From Spirochaetia bacterium (GTDB taxonomy: Bacteria > Spirochaetota > Spirochaetia > SZUA-6 > Bin103), in assembly GCA_965198005.1 (NCBI GenBank), contig CBDAOI010000004.1, positions 1,184,001 to 1,248,000 of the forward strand: a DNA stretch of 64,000 bases. Direction: 5' to 3'. Each line of letters opens with the position of its first letter. Within the stretch, counting starts at the first letter, position 1. This document shows, piece after piece, positions 17,929-29,200 of the stretch. Below the pieces are notes generated by a model. It was not told the origin of the DNA and did no database searches. It saw nothing but the letters and a program-made list of their open reading frames with translations. The position numbers were made by a program, and so were the translations under genes.

Positions 17929-20900
17929 ATGAATATAGATTTTCGAACGATCGTAGCACGGAGTGGAGGACAGCGTGACGCTTTCGAGGAGTTGTGTTGT
18001 CAACTCGCTCGTCGCACTATTTCAGACGGCATGCCGTGCACCCGACTTCGCGGCGCTGGTGGCGACGGAGGTGTTGAATTCATCGCAGACTTGCACAGTG
18101 GCCAGCGCATCGGATGGCAGGCGAAGTATGTTTTTAGTGTTGAGTCACTCCTCGACCAATCCAAATCGTCACTAGAAACTGCTGTGGAAGTTCATCCGAA
18201 CCTCACCAAGTACGTAATCTGTTTTCCTTTTGACTTAACAGGTCCGACACGACGCGGCGGACGAAGTGGTGTCGAGAAGATCGAAGATTGGAAACAGATT
18301 CAGGAACAGCGCTTGGTTGCAAACGGTCGTACTCTGAACATTGAGTTTTGGTCGGCATTCAAAATTCGTGATCTGCTGCATTCATACGATACCTCGGGGG
18401 GTATACGTGAATATTTCTTTAATCAGCGAGTTTTGACTCATCAATGGTTTTCGGACCACTTGAAGGATGCCTATCAGGACGCTGGTCCTCGATATACCCC
18501 TGACCTCAATGTTGAAACAAGTTTGTACAAATGGTTCGACGCTTTTGGACGTACGAGTACTTGGTCCGATATGTCCTACAAGAAAATAAGTACGTGTCGG
18601 AAGATGTGTAAACGTCTCGCGTCCGAGTCACGAGAGACTTCATCCGACACAGATTCACCCAAGTGGCCAGCGGCGGTACACGACGAACCTCCGACACTGT
18701 TGGAAGATATGGAAAGAACATGCCGTGATTCCGATCGCATCATTGCTACATATGACGCTCAGTTGTTTAGCTCTGTTACTACCAGCTTAGAGAGCCTTTT
18801 GGAGCGCCTCCGGAGTGTCGAGTCGGAACTTGCCATTGACCTAGAAACGAAGCATGGCGAAGGAATGGCAGATTCACCAGGATTTAGGCAGTTTATGGCA
18901 GAGTATATGGCGTCGTTTCCGACAGGTAATCTTGACACTATACGAGACGTTATTTCTTCATATAGTGATCTGTATGAATGGCTCTTATCTCCGAGTTGTG
19001 CATTGGCTTTTGACCGTGTCTTTGTCCTCTCTGGAGCCGCTGGATCTGGGAAGACGCATGGGGTGTGCGATGTCGCAAGAGCGAGGCACGTTAGAGGATT
19101 TCGGACGTGTGTGGTGTTCGGGCATCAATTCGGCGGGGAGCCAGATCCGTGGACACGACTACTGGAGACGCTCAATCTATCGGCAACACTGAGAGGAGAT
19201 GGTTTCCTAGATATGCTCGATGCTGCCGGCGCAGCTTCTGGTGCACACGTTCTTCTGTGTATCGACGCGATTAACGACACGCGTCCGTTGCGATACTGGC
19301 GTGATCGTCTATTGCCAATAGTACAATCAGCGGCACGGAGATTATTCGTGCGCGTGTGTTTCACATGTAGGTCGCCGTTCATATCAGTTTGTATTCCAAA
19401 AAGTAATGAGTTGAGAATAGTTGAGCATGAAGGTTTTACTGGTATAGAACATTATGCATGCCGCTCGTTCTTCGATTACTACAATCTTGATCCACCTGTA
19501 GTCCCCGTGCTTCATTCGGAGTTTTCGAATCCTCTTTATCTGCGTCTGGTGTGCGAAACAATGCGTTCGAGCGGTCGTCGTAGCCTGCCAACAGGTTGGC
19601 ATGGTATTGCTCCGGCGATACGCGGATTTCTTGATGAGAAAGAGCGCCAGTTTGCAGCAGATCACGATACTAGTCCAGGAAGCCAAATAATCAGGGGAAG
19701 TCTTGTTGCGATTATACGAAAGATCGCAAAGTCTGGTAGATCGGATCTGGCGTGGTCAGATGCGGAGAACGCGATCACGGAACGGCGATCGTTTGCGGCA
19801 AACTTACCGGTTCTGGAGTGGCTTGTTCGAAGTGATTTGTTGATCGAAGATGTTTCATCTCATTTGGAATCATTAGATGTCGAGCCTGTTGTAAGACCTG
19901 CATTCGAGCGGCTAGCGGATTTTCTTATTGCTCATGAGTTGTTGAAGGAGCACGGTGATAGCGATGTCAGAAATGAGGATCTGTCGTGTGGTTCTCTGTG
20001 CTCTCTTCAGTGCGGAGAACGCGACAATCGTTTGCGGCAACTTAGTGGACGGTGGCATTTGGAATCATTAGATGTCGAGCCTGTTGTAAGACCTGCATTC
20101 GAGCGGCTAGCGGATTTTCTTATTGCTCATGAGTTGTTGAAGGAGCACGGTGATAGCGATGTCAGAAATGAGGATCTGTCGTGTGGTTCTCTGTGCTCTC
20201 TTGTGACAAGCAAAGTGACGGTGGCAAAGAACAGTGGTGTTCTTTCGGCACTTTCGGTTGTGGGTCCAGAGTTTTTCCCAGGATTCGAGATAACGGGCCT
20301 TACTGACGATAAGAGGATTCGCAGATTGTTGTTGGAGATTTTCATAAAGACGATTCCTTCGAGAGATCCTGCGACGTTCGGAGTAACGTCAGAGACGTTG
20401 GTGCGGGAAGCACTTGGCACCCGTGACCTATCGTTCGAGACAATGGACTCAGTGCTTGCGTTGTCATGGCATGTGTCCGCTATTGACGCGTTTTGGCTCC
20501 ACGAGCTGTTGATGGAACAGAGCATGGCTAAACGTGATTCGTATTGGTGTGCATACTTACATGATTCATTTGAGAAAAGAGGAAGTGTGTACCGATTAGT
20601 TCAAGCTGCGTTCGAGTTGCCGTTAGATCAATTGGAGCAGGACGTGGCGGAACGATGGATAATCGCGTTATTGTGGTTTACCGCAGCGACAGATCGACGA
20701 GTGAAGGATCGCGCTACGCGGTCTATAGTCGCCGTTTTTTCGGCCAATCCTTGTCTAATAGAACGTACGATAATACGGATACTTCTTGAGTCTGATGACG
20801 ACGAAGTGCGCGAGCGAGCTCTCTTGAGCGGCTATGGCGCATTAATTAAGTCGAGAGACCCTGAACAATCCCTCAATATGGCGTCAGCGTTACTCAAGGC

Positions 20901-22365
20901 GATAAAAAGTGATCCAAAGTCCTTCCAGAACGCGATGATTCGGGATCACGTGAGATGCATCTTTGAGTTAAGCGCTCAATTAAAGTCTATCTCCCATGGT
21001 GTCAGCTACAAAGACGTAAGCATGACTGGATCCGAGTGGCCGTTGGTCATTCCGTCCAATGACGAGACTAAGATGTGGGAAAAACTGTTGCACTTTTGGC
21101 CTGACGAGTACAGGAGCGATTTTTTCAAATACTCGATGGGATGTCTTCGACCGTGGGAGCATTCAATTTCAAGATCCGACATGGCTAAGTGGATGATCAA
21201 GCGCATTGCAACAGATTTTCGTTATGTGTCTTCTGGTTGTGAACGCTATGACAGATACATGCTGGGTAAGTTTGGCGGAGGACGATCCAAGCCCAAGTGG
21301 GCGGAACGAATCGGAAAGAAATACCAGTGGCTCGCGATGTACCAGATCGCATCCCGACTGCATGATAATGTTGAACGCCAGAAGGAGCCATGGGATCATA
21401 CTCCTGATCTTCCCGCGCCGCCTCTAATATTGTTGGAAGAGCGTAAACTCGATCCTACTTTGCCGCGACAACTCATGGACCACAAAGATGTCTCTGATTC
21501 ATGGTGGGTGGCGACGACCGCTGATCTTGGCTTGAACCGTACACCATCGGATGAAGATTGGGTAAGAAGCAAGCAGGGAGTGCCGAACTTGAGTGACTTT
21601 CTTACACGCGTCGCTAGTGATTCACAGGAGTGGCTTCCCCTTTTGTCATTCCCCACGTGGGAAAAGCGACCGGAAGACGAAAGTATCTGGGAGACATCAT
21701 ATCGACAAGTGTGGATACATGTCAAGAGTTATTTGGTTTCTATACACGATGTAGAATCCGTGTACAAGGGTTTACGCGGACGTAATTTTTTTGGACAATG
21801 GTTGCCTAATGGAGCAGATTTACCTTATGGATTTGCGGGTGAATATCCATGGGCTACTTCATTCAAGAACGAGTTAGATAGCTGGTATGGTAGTGAAGAT
21901 TCGATCGATGGAATGCCGTGGAGATTGGAGCCATGCTGGAATCAGCTGGTTGTTGAGTGGGAGTATGACTCGTCGTTGGAGAAAAGCCATCATATGGCGG
22001 TGCCCGCGCGTCTATTCTTTTCATCTGATGATTTGTGGTGGGACGGAAAGGATGGTTACCGGGTTTTGGAAGGGAGGACTGTTTTTCGGGATCCATCACT
22101 TACCGATGGAGGTCCTACGTCTCTCATGGTCGATGCAAACGAACTCAACTTACGCCTCAATGATTTGAAACTCGGAATCATATGGACATTGCTTGGCGAG
22201 AAGTGGATTGTGGGTGGTCGCCACAGCACTAGGAGGTCGAGAAGGAGCTTTAGTCAGGTTGCGTATCGAAAGTGTGATGGCTCGACGGAAGTTGGAGAAC
22301 TTACTTTTTTCGATGACTTTGATGCTAGCACGGGACCGCGAGCGGTTGAGCCGATTAGAAAATAG
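17929..22365 (+). CDS. Avs (AVAST, type-2-like) STAND NTPase with an N-terminal restriction-endonuclease-fold domain
   Basis: AFEELCCQLARR...GDGGVE...GWQAKY; Walker A SGAAGSGKTH; Walker B LLCIDAIND; NPLYLRLVC; C-terminal ERIGKKYQW. Visibly lower GC than neighbours. Confidence 0.75.
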   Translation: MNIDFRTIVARSGGQRDAFEELCCQLARRTISDGMPCTRLRGAGGDGGVEFIADLHSGQRIGWQAKYVFSVESLLDQSKSSLETAVEVHPNLTKYVICFPFDLTGPTRRGGRSGVEKIEDWKQIQEQRLVANGRTLNIEFWSAFKIRDLLHSYDTSGGIREYFFNQRVLTHQWFSDHLKDAYQDAGPRYTPDLNVETSLYKWFDAFGRTSTWSDMSYKKISTCRKMCKRLASESRETSSDTDSPKWPAAVHDEPPTLLEDMERTCRDSDRIIATYDAQLFSSVTTSLESLLERLRSVESELAIDLETKHGEGMADSPGFRQFMAEYMASFPTGNLDTIRDVISSYSDLYEWLLSPSCALAFDRVFVLSGAAGSGKTHGVCDVARARHVRGFRTCVVFGHQFGGEPDPWTRLLETLNLSATLRGDGFLDMLDAAGAASGAHVLLCIDAINDTRPLRYWRDRLLPIVQSAARRLFVRVCFTCRSPFISVCIPKSNELRIVEHEGFTGIEHYACRSFFDYYNLDPPVVPVLHSEFSNPLYLRLVCETMRSSGRRSLPTGWHGIAPAIRGFLDEKERQFAADHDTSPGSQIIRGSLVAIIRKIAKSGRSDLAWSDAENAITERRSFAANLPVLEWLVRSDLLIEDVSSHLESLDVEPVVRPAFERLADFLIAHELLKEHGDSDVRNEDLSCGSLCSLQCGERDNRLRQLSGRWHLESLDVEPVVRPAFERLADFLIAHELLKEHGDSDVRNEDLSCGSLCSLVTSKVTVAKNSGVLSALSVVGPEFFPGFEITGLTDDKRIRRLLLEIFIKTIPSRDPATFGVTSETLVREALGTRDLSFETMDSVLALSWHVSAIDAFWLHELLMEQSMAKRDSYWCAYLHDSFEKRGSVYRLVQAAFELPLDQLEQDVAERWIIALLWFTAATDRRVKDRATRSIVAVFSANPCLIERTIIRILLESDDDEVRERALLSGYGALIKSRDPEQSLNMASALLKAIKSDPKSFQNAMIRDHVRCIFELSAQLKSISHGVSYKDVSMTGSEWPLVIPSNDETKMWEKLLHFWPDEYRSDFFKYSMGCLRPWEHSISRSDMAKWMIKRIATDFRYVSSGCERYDRYMLGKFGGGRSKPKWAERIGKKYQWLAMYQIASRLHDNVERQKEPWDHTPDLPAPPLILLEERKLDPTLPRQLMDHKDVSDSWWVATTADLGLNRTPSDEDWVRSKQGVPNLSDFLTRVASDSQEWLPLLSFPTWEKRPEDESIWETSYRQVWIHVKSYLVSIHDVESVYKGLRGRNFFGQWLPNGADLPYGFAGEYPWATSFKNELDSWYGSEDSIDGMPWRLEPCWNQLVVEWEYDSSLEKSHHMAVPARLFFSSDDLWWDGKDGYRVLEGRTVFRDPSLTDGGPTSLMVDANELNLRLNDLKLGIIWTLLGEKWIVGGRHSTRRSRRSFSQVAYRKCDGSTEVGELTFFDDFDASTGPRAVEPIRK
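19861..20202 (+). repeat. In-frame 147-bp direct duplication inside the Avs gene
   Basis: 19861-20007 equals 20056-20202. The spacer is a garbled copy of about 19757-19820. Confidence 0.9.
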
Positions 22366-22398
22366 ATCGCTCATGGTAATGTGTGGTAGTACGCGAGC

Positions 22399-25300
22399 AT
22401 GAGTGATAACGACAAGCGTCTCATTGAGGTTGGGTTTCCGGTGAAGCAGGTGTCGCTCGATTCGGTGCACGAGAAGAACGTGCGGCATGGGCATGTTTCG
22501 ACGCTGCACATCTGGCCGGCGAGGCGGCCGTTGGCGGCGTGTCGCGCGGCGCTGATTGGGACGCTGCTCGCGGCTCCGGGTGATGCGGAACGACGCACGG
22601 CGATTCTGGAGCGGATGGCCGGTCGGGTGGTCAAGAAGGTGGAGCGCAAGCGGGTGAACGGCCGCTTGGTGGAGAAGGTGAAGGAGGAGACCGCCGGCGG
22701 TATTCTGCACTGGGGCCGGGAGAGCGACGAGGATCTGCAGTGGTTTCGGGAGGAGATTCGCAGGGCCTATGGCGGGCGGGCACCACGCGTGCTCGACCCG
22801 TTTGCGGGAGGGGGCGCCGTACCTCTGGAAGCACTGCGGCTGGGCTGCGACGTGACGGCTATCGACATCAATCCGGTGGCGTGGTTCATTCTCAAGTGCA
22901 CGCTCGAATACCCGCAAAGACTCGCTGGCGAGAAGCACGCGCTTCCGGATTCTGCGTTGCGCGACGCGGAGTTCATGGCCGCGTTCTTCAAGGCGCGTGG
23001 TTTCAAGGGAGCAATGTTGCGCACGTTGCTCCAGCGGCTAGGGCACGGCAGCGGTAGCGAAGTTCAGCTCGACCTGATCAGCGTCGACGATCCGCTGCTC
23101 GATGCGGACCTTGCGTGGCATATGCGTGCGTGGGGGCGATGGGTGCTTGCTCGTGCGCGCAAGGATCTGGCGTCTCATTACCCCACCCATGCCGAGTTCG
23201 TACCTCTGAGTGGTGGCAGCGAGTACGAGGCGGGACCGAGGCGGCTGCTTGTAGAGGTCGATGAGAGCGGAAACCCACAGATTGACTCACTGAATGTCGA
23301 GTACGACACCGCCTACCTGAACGATCCCCGCAACCCTCGATGGGTGGCGAAGCCTACGGTCGCGTATCTGCATGCGCGGACGGTTGCCTGCAAGCAGTGT
23401 CGCGCCATGCTTCCGCTCCTCAAGACGCGCTGGCTGTGCAGGAAGGAGCGCAAGCGCGTGTTGCTGACGATGGAGCGCGACGCCGCGGAGACCAATGTGG
23501 CATTCGGCGTGCAGACGGACGTGCCGCAGGCCGGCGGCAATGCGGCACAGCGACGGGAACACGACAAGCGCATAGGGGCCGGTACGATGTCACGCACCGG
23601 CGCGACCTGTCCGTGGTGCCATGCCATCATGACCATGGAAGATATCCGCCTGGAAGGACGCGCCGGCAGGTTGGGTACGGTGATGACGGCGGTGGTAGTC
23701 GACGGCCCTCGGGGCAAGGAGTACCGTCTGCCTACCGAGCACGAGCGTGTAGCTGCGGAAGTAACCGACGAGCAGCTTCAAGCCATGTTTGCGCATATCC
23801 CCTTTGGTTTGCCGGAAGAACCGCTAGCGAGCAAGGAGGCTCTCGGGTTTCGCGTCCCGCTGTACGGATTCGACACATGGAGAAAGCTGTTTACCAACCG
23901 CCAACTCTTGGCGCTGGGCGAGTTCACCCGAGCGCTGCGGTGCTTGCCGCAGGAACTGCGCGACTATCCGCCCGCGTGGCGGGAGTCGATCGTCGCGATG
24001 TGCGCACCGATCATCAGTCGCATGGCCGACCGAGGGAGCACGTTGGCAACTTGGACAAGCAATGCTGAACAGACCAGTCACACATTTGCGAGATTCGCGT
24101 TGCCCATGACCTGGGACTTCTCGGAGTACGCTCCGCTCTCGGACACTACGGGCGGCTTCCTGCAATCGGTCGACTGGGTGTTCAAGGTGTGCCGGCACCT
24201 CCAGAGCAGCGTCCAAGCTGCCTGCAGCGGAACCAGCGTACTTGGCTCGGCAACCTCCCGCGACGTTGCCGACATCGACCTCGTAGTGACCGACCCGCCC
24301 TACTACGACGCGATCCCCTACTCCGACCTGATGGATTTCTTTTATGTTTGGCTGAGGCGGTCGCTGGCCGGTCTGTCCGCCGAGATCGACGCGGCATTCT
24401 CCAGTGTTCTTGGCCCCAAGTGGGATCACCAGGCCGACGACGGTGAGTTGATCGACGACGCAAGTCGGTTCGAGGGTGACAAGGAGCGATCCAAGCGCAA
24501 CTACGAGGACGGCATGGCACGCGCGTTCCGCTCGTGCCACGTGGCGTTGCGGCCGGAGGGGCGGCTGGTGGTCGTGTTCGCCAACAAGCAGCCCGACGCC
24601 TGGGAGACACTGGTCGGCGCTTTGATCCGGGCCGGATTCGTGGTTGACGGCTCCTGGCCGCTTCAGACGGAACGAAGCAGCCGCAGCCGCGCGATGTCAT
24701 CCGCCGCCTTGTCATCGTCGGTATGGATCGTCTGCAAGAAGCGCGCCGCCGGTCGTCACGGGTGGGACAGCAGCGTCTTGGACGAGATGAGGGAGAACAT
24801 CACCGAGAAGCTACGCGACTTCTGGGACGCGGGGATTCGCGGGCCGGACTTCGTGTGGGCGGCGACCGGACCGGCGCTGGAGGCGTTCAGCAAGTACCCG
24901 GTGGTCAAGAAGGCGAACGCCCCGAACCAGCTCATGACCGTCTCCGAGTTCCTGCGCGAGGTGCGGCGGATGGTGGTCGATTTCGTCGTCGGACGCGTCC
25001 TCACCCACGACGAAGCCAAGGAAGCGGCAACCGGTCTTGATGACGTGACTACCTATTACTTGCTGCATCGTAACGACTTCGGCATGGGTGAGGCGCCGGT
25101 GGGGGGCTGCATTCTCTATGCGCTGTCGTGCAACCTCTCCGACTCTGCGCTGGTCAACCAGCACGACCTGCTGGCGCAGTCCGGACGTGGGAACGCGGAG
25201 GAGTCCGAGGACGACGATCCGGCAGCGGACGAGGAACGGTCTGAGGGCGGTGGCGCCAAGGTCAAGCTCAAGCCGTGGAGCCGAAGGCAGGGACGCAACC

Positions 25301-25575
25301 TCGGCCTGGAAGCGGCGGGCGGGCGCCCGCCACCCCTCATCGACCAGGTGCACCGGTTGATGCACCTGTGGCGAGCCGGGGACCAAGTCAAGGTTGACGA
25401 CTACCTCGACACCCGTGGCCTCCCGCGCAACGCCCTGTTCCACCGCATCCTGCAAGCGCTCATCGAGCTGGCCGAGGGTGACTCCGAGGAGCGCTCTCTG
25501 CTGGAAGCCCTGAGTAACCGCGCGGCTGACCGTGGCGGTATCGGCTATCGTCAAGGCGAGCTGATTCCGAGATGA
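22399..25575 (+). CDS. DUF1156-domain adenine DNA methyltransferase
   Basis: STLHIWPARRPLAACRA; VLDPFAGGGAVPLEALRLG; VVTDPPYYDAIPYSDL. Confidence 0.92.
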   Translation: MSDNDKRLIEVGFPVKQVSLDSVHEKNVRHGHVSTLHIWPARRPLAACRAALIGTLLAAPGDAERRTAILERMAGRVVKKVERKRVNGRLVEKVKEETAGGILHWGRESDEDLQWFREEIRRAYGGRAPRVLDPFAGGGAVPLEALRLGCDVTAIDINPVAWFILKCTLEYPQRLAGEKHALPDSALRDAEFMAAFFKARGFKGAMLRTLLQRLGHGSGSEVQLDLISVDDPLLDADLAWHMRAWGRWVLARARKDLASHYPTHAEFVPLSGGSEYEAGPRRLLVEVDESGNPQIDSLNVEYDTAYLNDPRNPRWVAKPTVAYLHARTVACKQCRAMLPLLKTRWLCRKERKRVLLTMERDAAETNVAFGVQTDVPQAGGNAAQRREHDKRIGAGTMSRTGATCPWCHAIMTMEDIRLEGRAGRLGTVMTAVVVDGPRGKEYRLPTEHERVAAEVTDEQLQAMFAHIPFGLPEEPLASKEALGFRVPLYGFDTWRKLFTNRQLLALGEFTRALRCLPQELRDYPPAWRESIVAMCAPIISRMADRGSTLATWTSNAEQTSHTFARFALPMTWDFSEYAPLSDTTGGFLQSVDWVFKVCRHLQSSVQAACSGTSVLGSATSRDVADIDLVVTDPPYYDAIPYSDLMDFFYVWLRRSLAGLSAEIDAAFSSVLGPKWDHQADDGELIDDASRFEGDKERSKRNYEDGMARAFRSCHVALRPEGRLVVVFANKQPDAWETLVGALIRAGFVVDGSWPLQTERSSRSRAMSSAALSSSVWIVCKKRAAGRHGWDSSVLDEMRENITEKLRDFWDAGIRGPDFVWAATGPALEAFSKYPVVKKANAPNQLMTVSEFLREVRRMVVDFVVGRVLTHDEAKEAATGLDDVTTYYLLHRNDFGMGEAPVGGCILYALSCNLSDSALVNQHDLLAQSGRGNAEESEDDDPAADEERSEGGGAKVKLKPWSRRQGRNLGLEAAGGRPPPLIDQVHRLMHLWRAGDQVKVDDYLDTRGLPRNALFHRILQALIELAEGDSEERSLLEALSNRAADRGGIGYRQGELIPR

Positions 25576-25688
25576 CCACGTGCACAGCTTCTGGGACGGC
25601 GCCCCTCGTCCACCTTTTCACATCTGGCCGTTTCTGACATGATAGAGGTTATCCGTGACGTAACGCGTATCGTAGGATGCGGTGGGCG

Positions 25689-25973
25689 ATGATCGCCACC
25701 TATCGCGACAACCGAACGCGGGATTTCGCGTCGGGAAAGTGGGTCAGTGCGTTCTCCGGCTTCGAACATGCGGCGAGGCTAAAGATCGACCGACTGGAAG
25801 TGGCAACGTCAATCATGGATCTGGCGGCATTGCCGGGTAACCGTTTTGAATCCCTGACGGGGGATCGAAAAGGGCAGTACAGCATTCGCATCAACGATCA
25901 GTGGCGCATCTGCTTCGAGTGGACGAAACGGAGCTCAGGGCCGACCAACGTCGAGATCGCAGACTATCACTAG
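25689..25973 (+). CDS. higB: HigB/RelE-family toxin
   Basis: DLAALPGNRFESLTGDRKGQYSIRINDQWRICFEW...VEIADYH. Confidence 0.93.
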   Translation: MIATYRDNRTRDFASGKWVSAFSGFEHAARLKIDRLEVATSIMDLAALPGNRFESLTGDRKGQYSIRINDQWRICFEWTKRSSGPTNVEIADYH

Positions 25974-25989
25974 CAACGGGAGGGCCGTG

Positions 25990-26292
25990 ATGGGAATACC
26001 AGCTATCCATGCGGGAGAACATCTCGCCGAAGAACTGAAGGCGCTCGACATGAGTGCCAGCACGCTCGCAAGACAAGTGAGCGTGCCTACGAAGCGAATC
26101 ACCGAGATTCTCAATGGGAGCCGTGCAATCACTGGGGACACGGCGCTGAGGTTGGCCCACTTTTTCGGCACCAGCGCGGAGTTCTGGCTCAACCTCCAGA
26201 AGCTCTACGAGCTCCGGCTTGCAGAGGAAACGGTGGGAGACGATATCGACTCCCTGCCGACACTCAAGAGCTACGACGCGGTTCGCACGTGA
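25990..26292 (+). CDS. higA: HigA-family antitoxin
   Basis: IHAGEHLAEEL...RAITGDTALRLAHFFGTSAEFWLNLQKLYEL. Confidence 0.93.
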   Translation: MGIPAIHAGEHLAEELKALDMSASTLARQVSVPTKRITEILNGSRAITGDTALRLAHFFGTSAEFWLNLQKLYELRLAEETVGDDIDSLPTLKSYDAVRT

Positions 26293-29200
26293 GTCCCTGG
26301 CATGAGGTCGTGCAAGTGCGCGACGATCTGAAGAGTGGCGAGCTGTCGCTGGCGGTGTTTGCCGCCGATCTGTACGACGTGGTGATGCAGAAGGGGCAGA
26401 GGCCGGTGTACGAGCAACCGGCTCAGTTTTTTGCCCTCACCTACCCGACCCTCAATCTGCGCGAACTGGTCAAGGACGTGGCCCTTCGCTTGGCCGGGCA
26501 GAGCGACAAGGCGTACCGTAAGCTGGCCGTCAATTACGGCGGCGGCAAGACGCACACACTTATCGCGCTCCGGCATCTGGTACATGCCCCCCACGAGTTG
26601 CCCGACCTGCCGGCGGTTCGTGAGTTCGAGGCGCACATCGGGTTCAAGGCTCCACGGGCGCGCGTCGCGGCGCTGTGCTTCGACAAGATCGACATTGAAA
26701 AAGGTGTGGAGATACCCGGCCCGGACGGGAAGTTGCGGATGCTCAGGTACCCATGGAGCGTGCTGGCCTGGCAGCTTGCCGGGTCGGACGGGCTGCGGCT
26801 GCTCCACGCCGCCGGCCAGGACGCCGAACGAGAGACGCCGCCGGCCGAACCCCTCCTGGTGAAGCTGCTGGCGAAGCCGCAAGCCGACGATCTCTCCACG
26901 CTGGTGCTGCTCGACGAGGTGTTGACGTACCTCCGCGTGCAGGTCGAAGTGGATCCGAACTGGCGCGGCAGGTCGATCAGCTTCTTCCAGTACCTCACGC
27001 AGGCGGTGGTCAAGGTGGACCGTTGCGCCATGGTGGCGTCGCTGCTCGCCTCCGATCAGCGGAGGCATGACGCGTTGGGCAACGAGCTGTTGCGCGACGT
27101 GTCCGAAGTGTTCGGCCGGCAGATGGAGGAGGACGCAAGTCCGGTGAGCAAGGAGGACGTGGCGCAGGTGTTGCGGCGCCGGTTCTTCACGCCCGAGTCG
27201 ATACGCGATCAGGGCGTATTCCGGCCACACGTGGCGGCGACGGTCGGCAGCATCGCGGATCTCGACGAGCAGACTGCCAAGGAGCGGGTGGCCGCCGAGC
27301 AGCGCTATCTCGACAGTTATCCCTTTCACCCGGAACTCACCGAGATCTTCTACACGCGGTGGACCCAGCTCGACGGATTCCAGCGCACGCGCGGCATCCT
27401 GCGCACGTTCGCCATCGCCCTGCGCGATGCGGAGCGATGGGACACCAGCCCTCTGATCGGCCCGAACGTGTTTCTGAACGAGCCGGGCACGAACGACTTG
27501 GCCGAAGCGGCAAGCGAGCTGGCCTCGTTCGCCAGTGTCGATACTGACGGCGGTGCGCACCAGCAGTGGCGGCCGATCCTCGAAGGCGAGCTGGCCAAGG
27601 CACGTGCGATTCAGTCCGACGCCGTGCGTCTCCGCCACCGGGAGTTGGAACAGGCGGTGGTAGCGGTGTTTCTGAGCTGTCAGCCGATCGGGCAGAAAGC
27701 GTTGACGCCGGAGCTGATGGTACTGCTCGGGGCAGCGAAGCCCGACCGGATAGAGCTTGAGACAGGGTTGCAGCGCTGGACCGAGGTGTCGTGGTTTCTG
27801 GATGAGGCGGAGGTCGCGACGCGGGGGGATGACTCCGGCGCAACCGGGGAACTGCCCAAGACATGGCGCCTGGGTAATCGTCCCAACCTGCGGCAGATGC
27901 ACGACGACGCCTGCCGCAACCGGGTGCCGCCGACGCTGGTCGAGTCGCAACTCGTCGACGCCATCGAAAGACAGCGAACCCTCACCTCCGGAGCCAGCGC
28001 CGCCGGTGCAAGAGTACACAACCTGCCGGCACGCCCGCGCGACGTCGCCGATGACGGGGCTTTTCACTACGTCGTGCTTGGCCCGCGGGCGGCCTCGGAC
28101 CCGGGCAAGCCGAGCGCGGAGGCGCGCAAGGTCATAGACCAGACGACGACCCCGGATCGACCCCGGGTGTACCGCAACGCAGTCGTCCTCGCGGTACCCT
28201 CGCGGGATGGTCTCGAGGCTTTGCGGACACGAGTACGCGACTACCTGGGTTGGGAGGAAGTTCGCGCCCAGTTGATAGACCAGCCGATCGACCCGTTGCG
28301 CGAGCAGATGCTGGCCGCCGAAACGGCCGCGGCCAGGAAGCGGGTGCCGGATGCGGTCAGGTCAGCCTACTGCATGGTGGTGACGGTCAGCGAGAGCGAT
28401 GCCATCCACGCCTTCCGGGTCGTGGTCAGCGACCAACCGTTGTTCACGACGATCAAGGCCGATCGTCGATCGCGCATTCAGGAGACTGCCATCAGTTCGG
28501 ACGCCATGCTGCCGGGCGGGCCCTACGACCTGTGGCGCGAGGACGAGCAGTCGCGGCGGGTCAAGGATCTGGTGGGGGCGTTCGCACAGTTCCCCAAGCT
28601 TCCGAAGATGCTGCGGACCAGAGAGATACTCGATACCGTGCTGGATGGCGTTCGAAACGGGATCTGGGTGGCTCAGCTTGCCCGCCCGGATCGAACGGTC
28701 AGGACGTTCTGGCGTATTGGCATCGACGAGCCGGCGCTCGATGACGCCGGTCTGGAACTGGTGCTACCCGAAGCCGCAAAGCTGAGCGGTCTCGAATCCG
28801 ACCTTCTCCGGCAAGGCAACCTGCCGGGACTTTGGTCGTCCGACGCCATTTCCGTCCAGGACGTGTACGACTACTTTGCCGGCGGTCGCGAGGTTTCTCT
28901 TCCTCGCGAAGGCTACGAGGAGACCCTGCGTGTCCCCGCATGCGAACCGGCTCACGTCGAGGCCGCGGTGCTGCAGGCAGTGGAGCAGGGTCTGCTGTGG
29001 CTGACCAGCGGCCCGGCGTCAATCCTGAATGAGCCGGTGCCGACCGGCGTGCTCAGCGCTGCCGCGACCCTGCGGCCGCCCCCGGCGCGGATGCCGGTAG
29101 ACGAAATGATGGCCGAATCGATCCCCGATGCGTGGCGTGACGGGACGACCAATGCGCTCGCCGTTGCCACGGCTCTTTCGACCAAACACGGCGCTACCCT

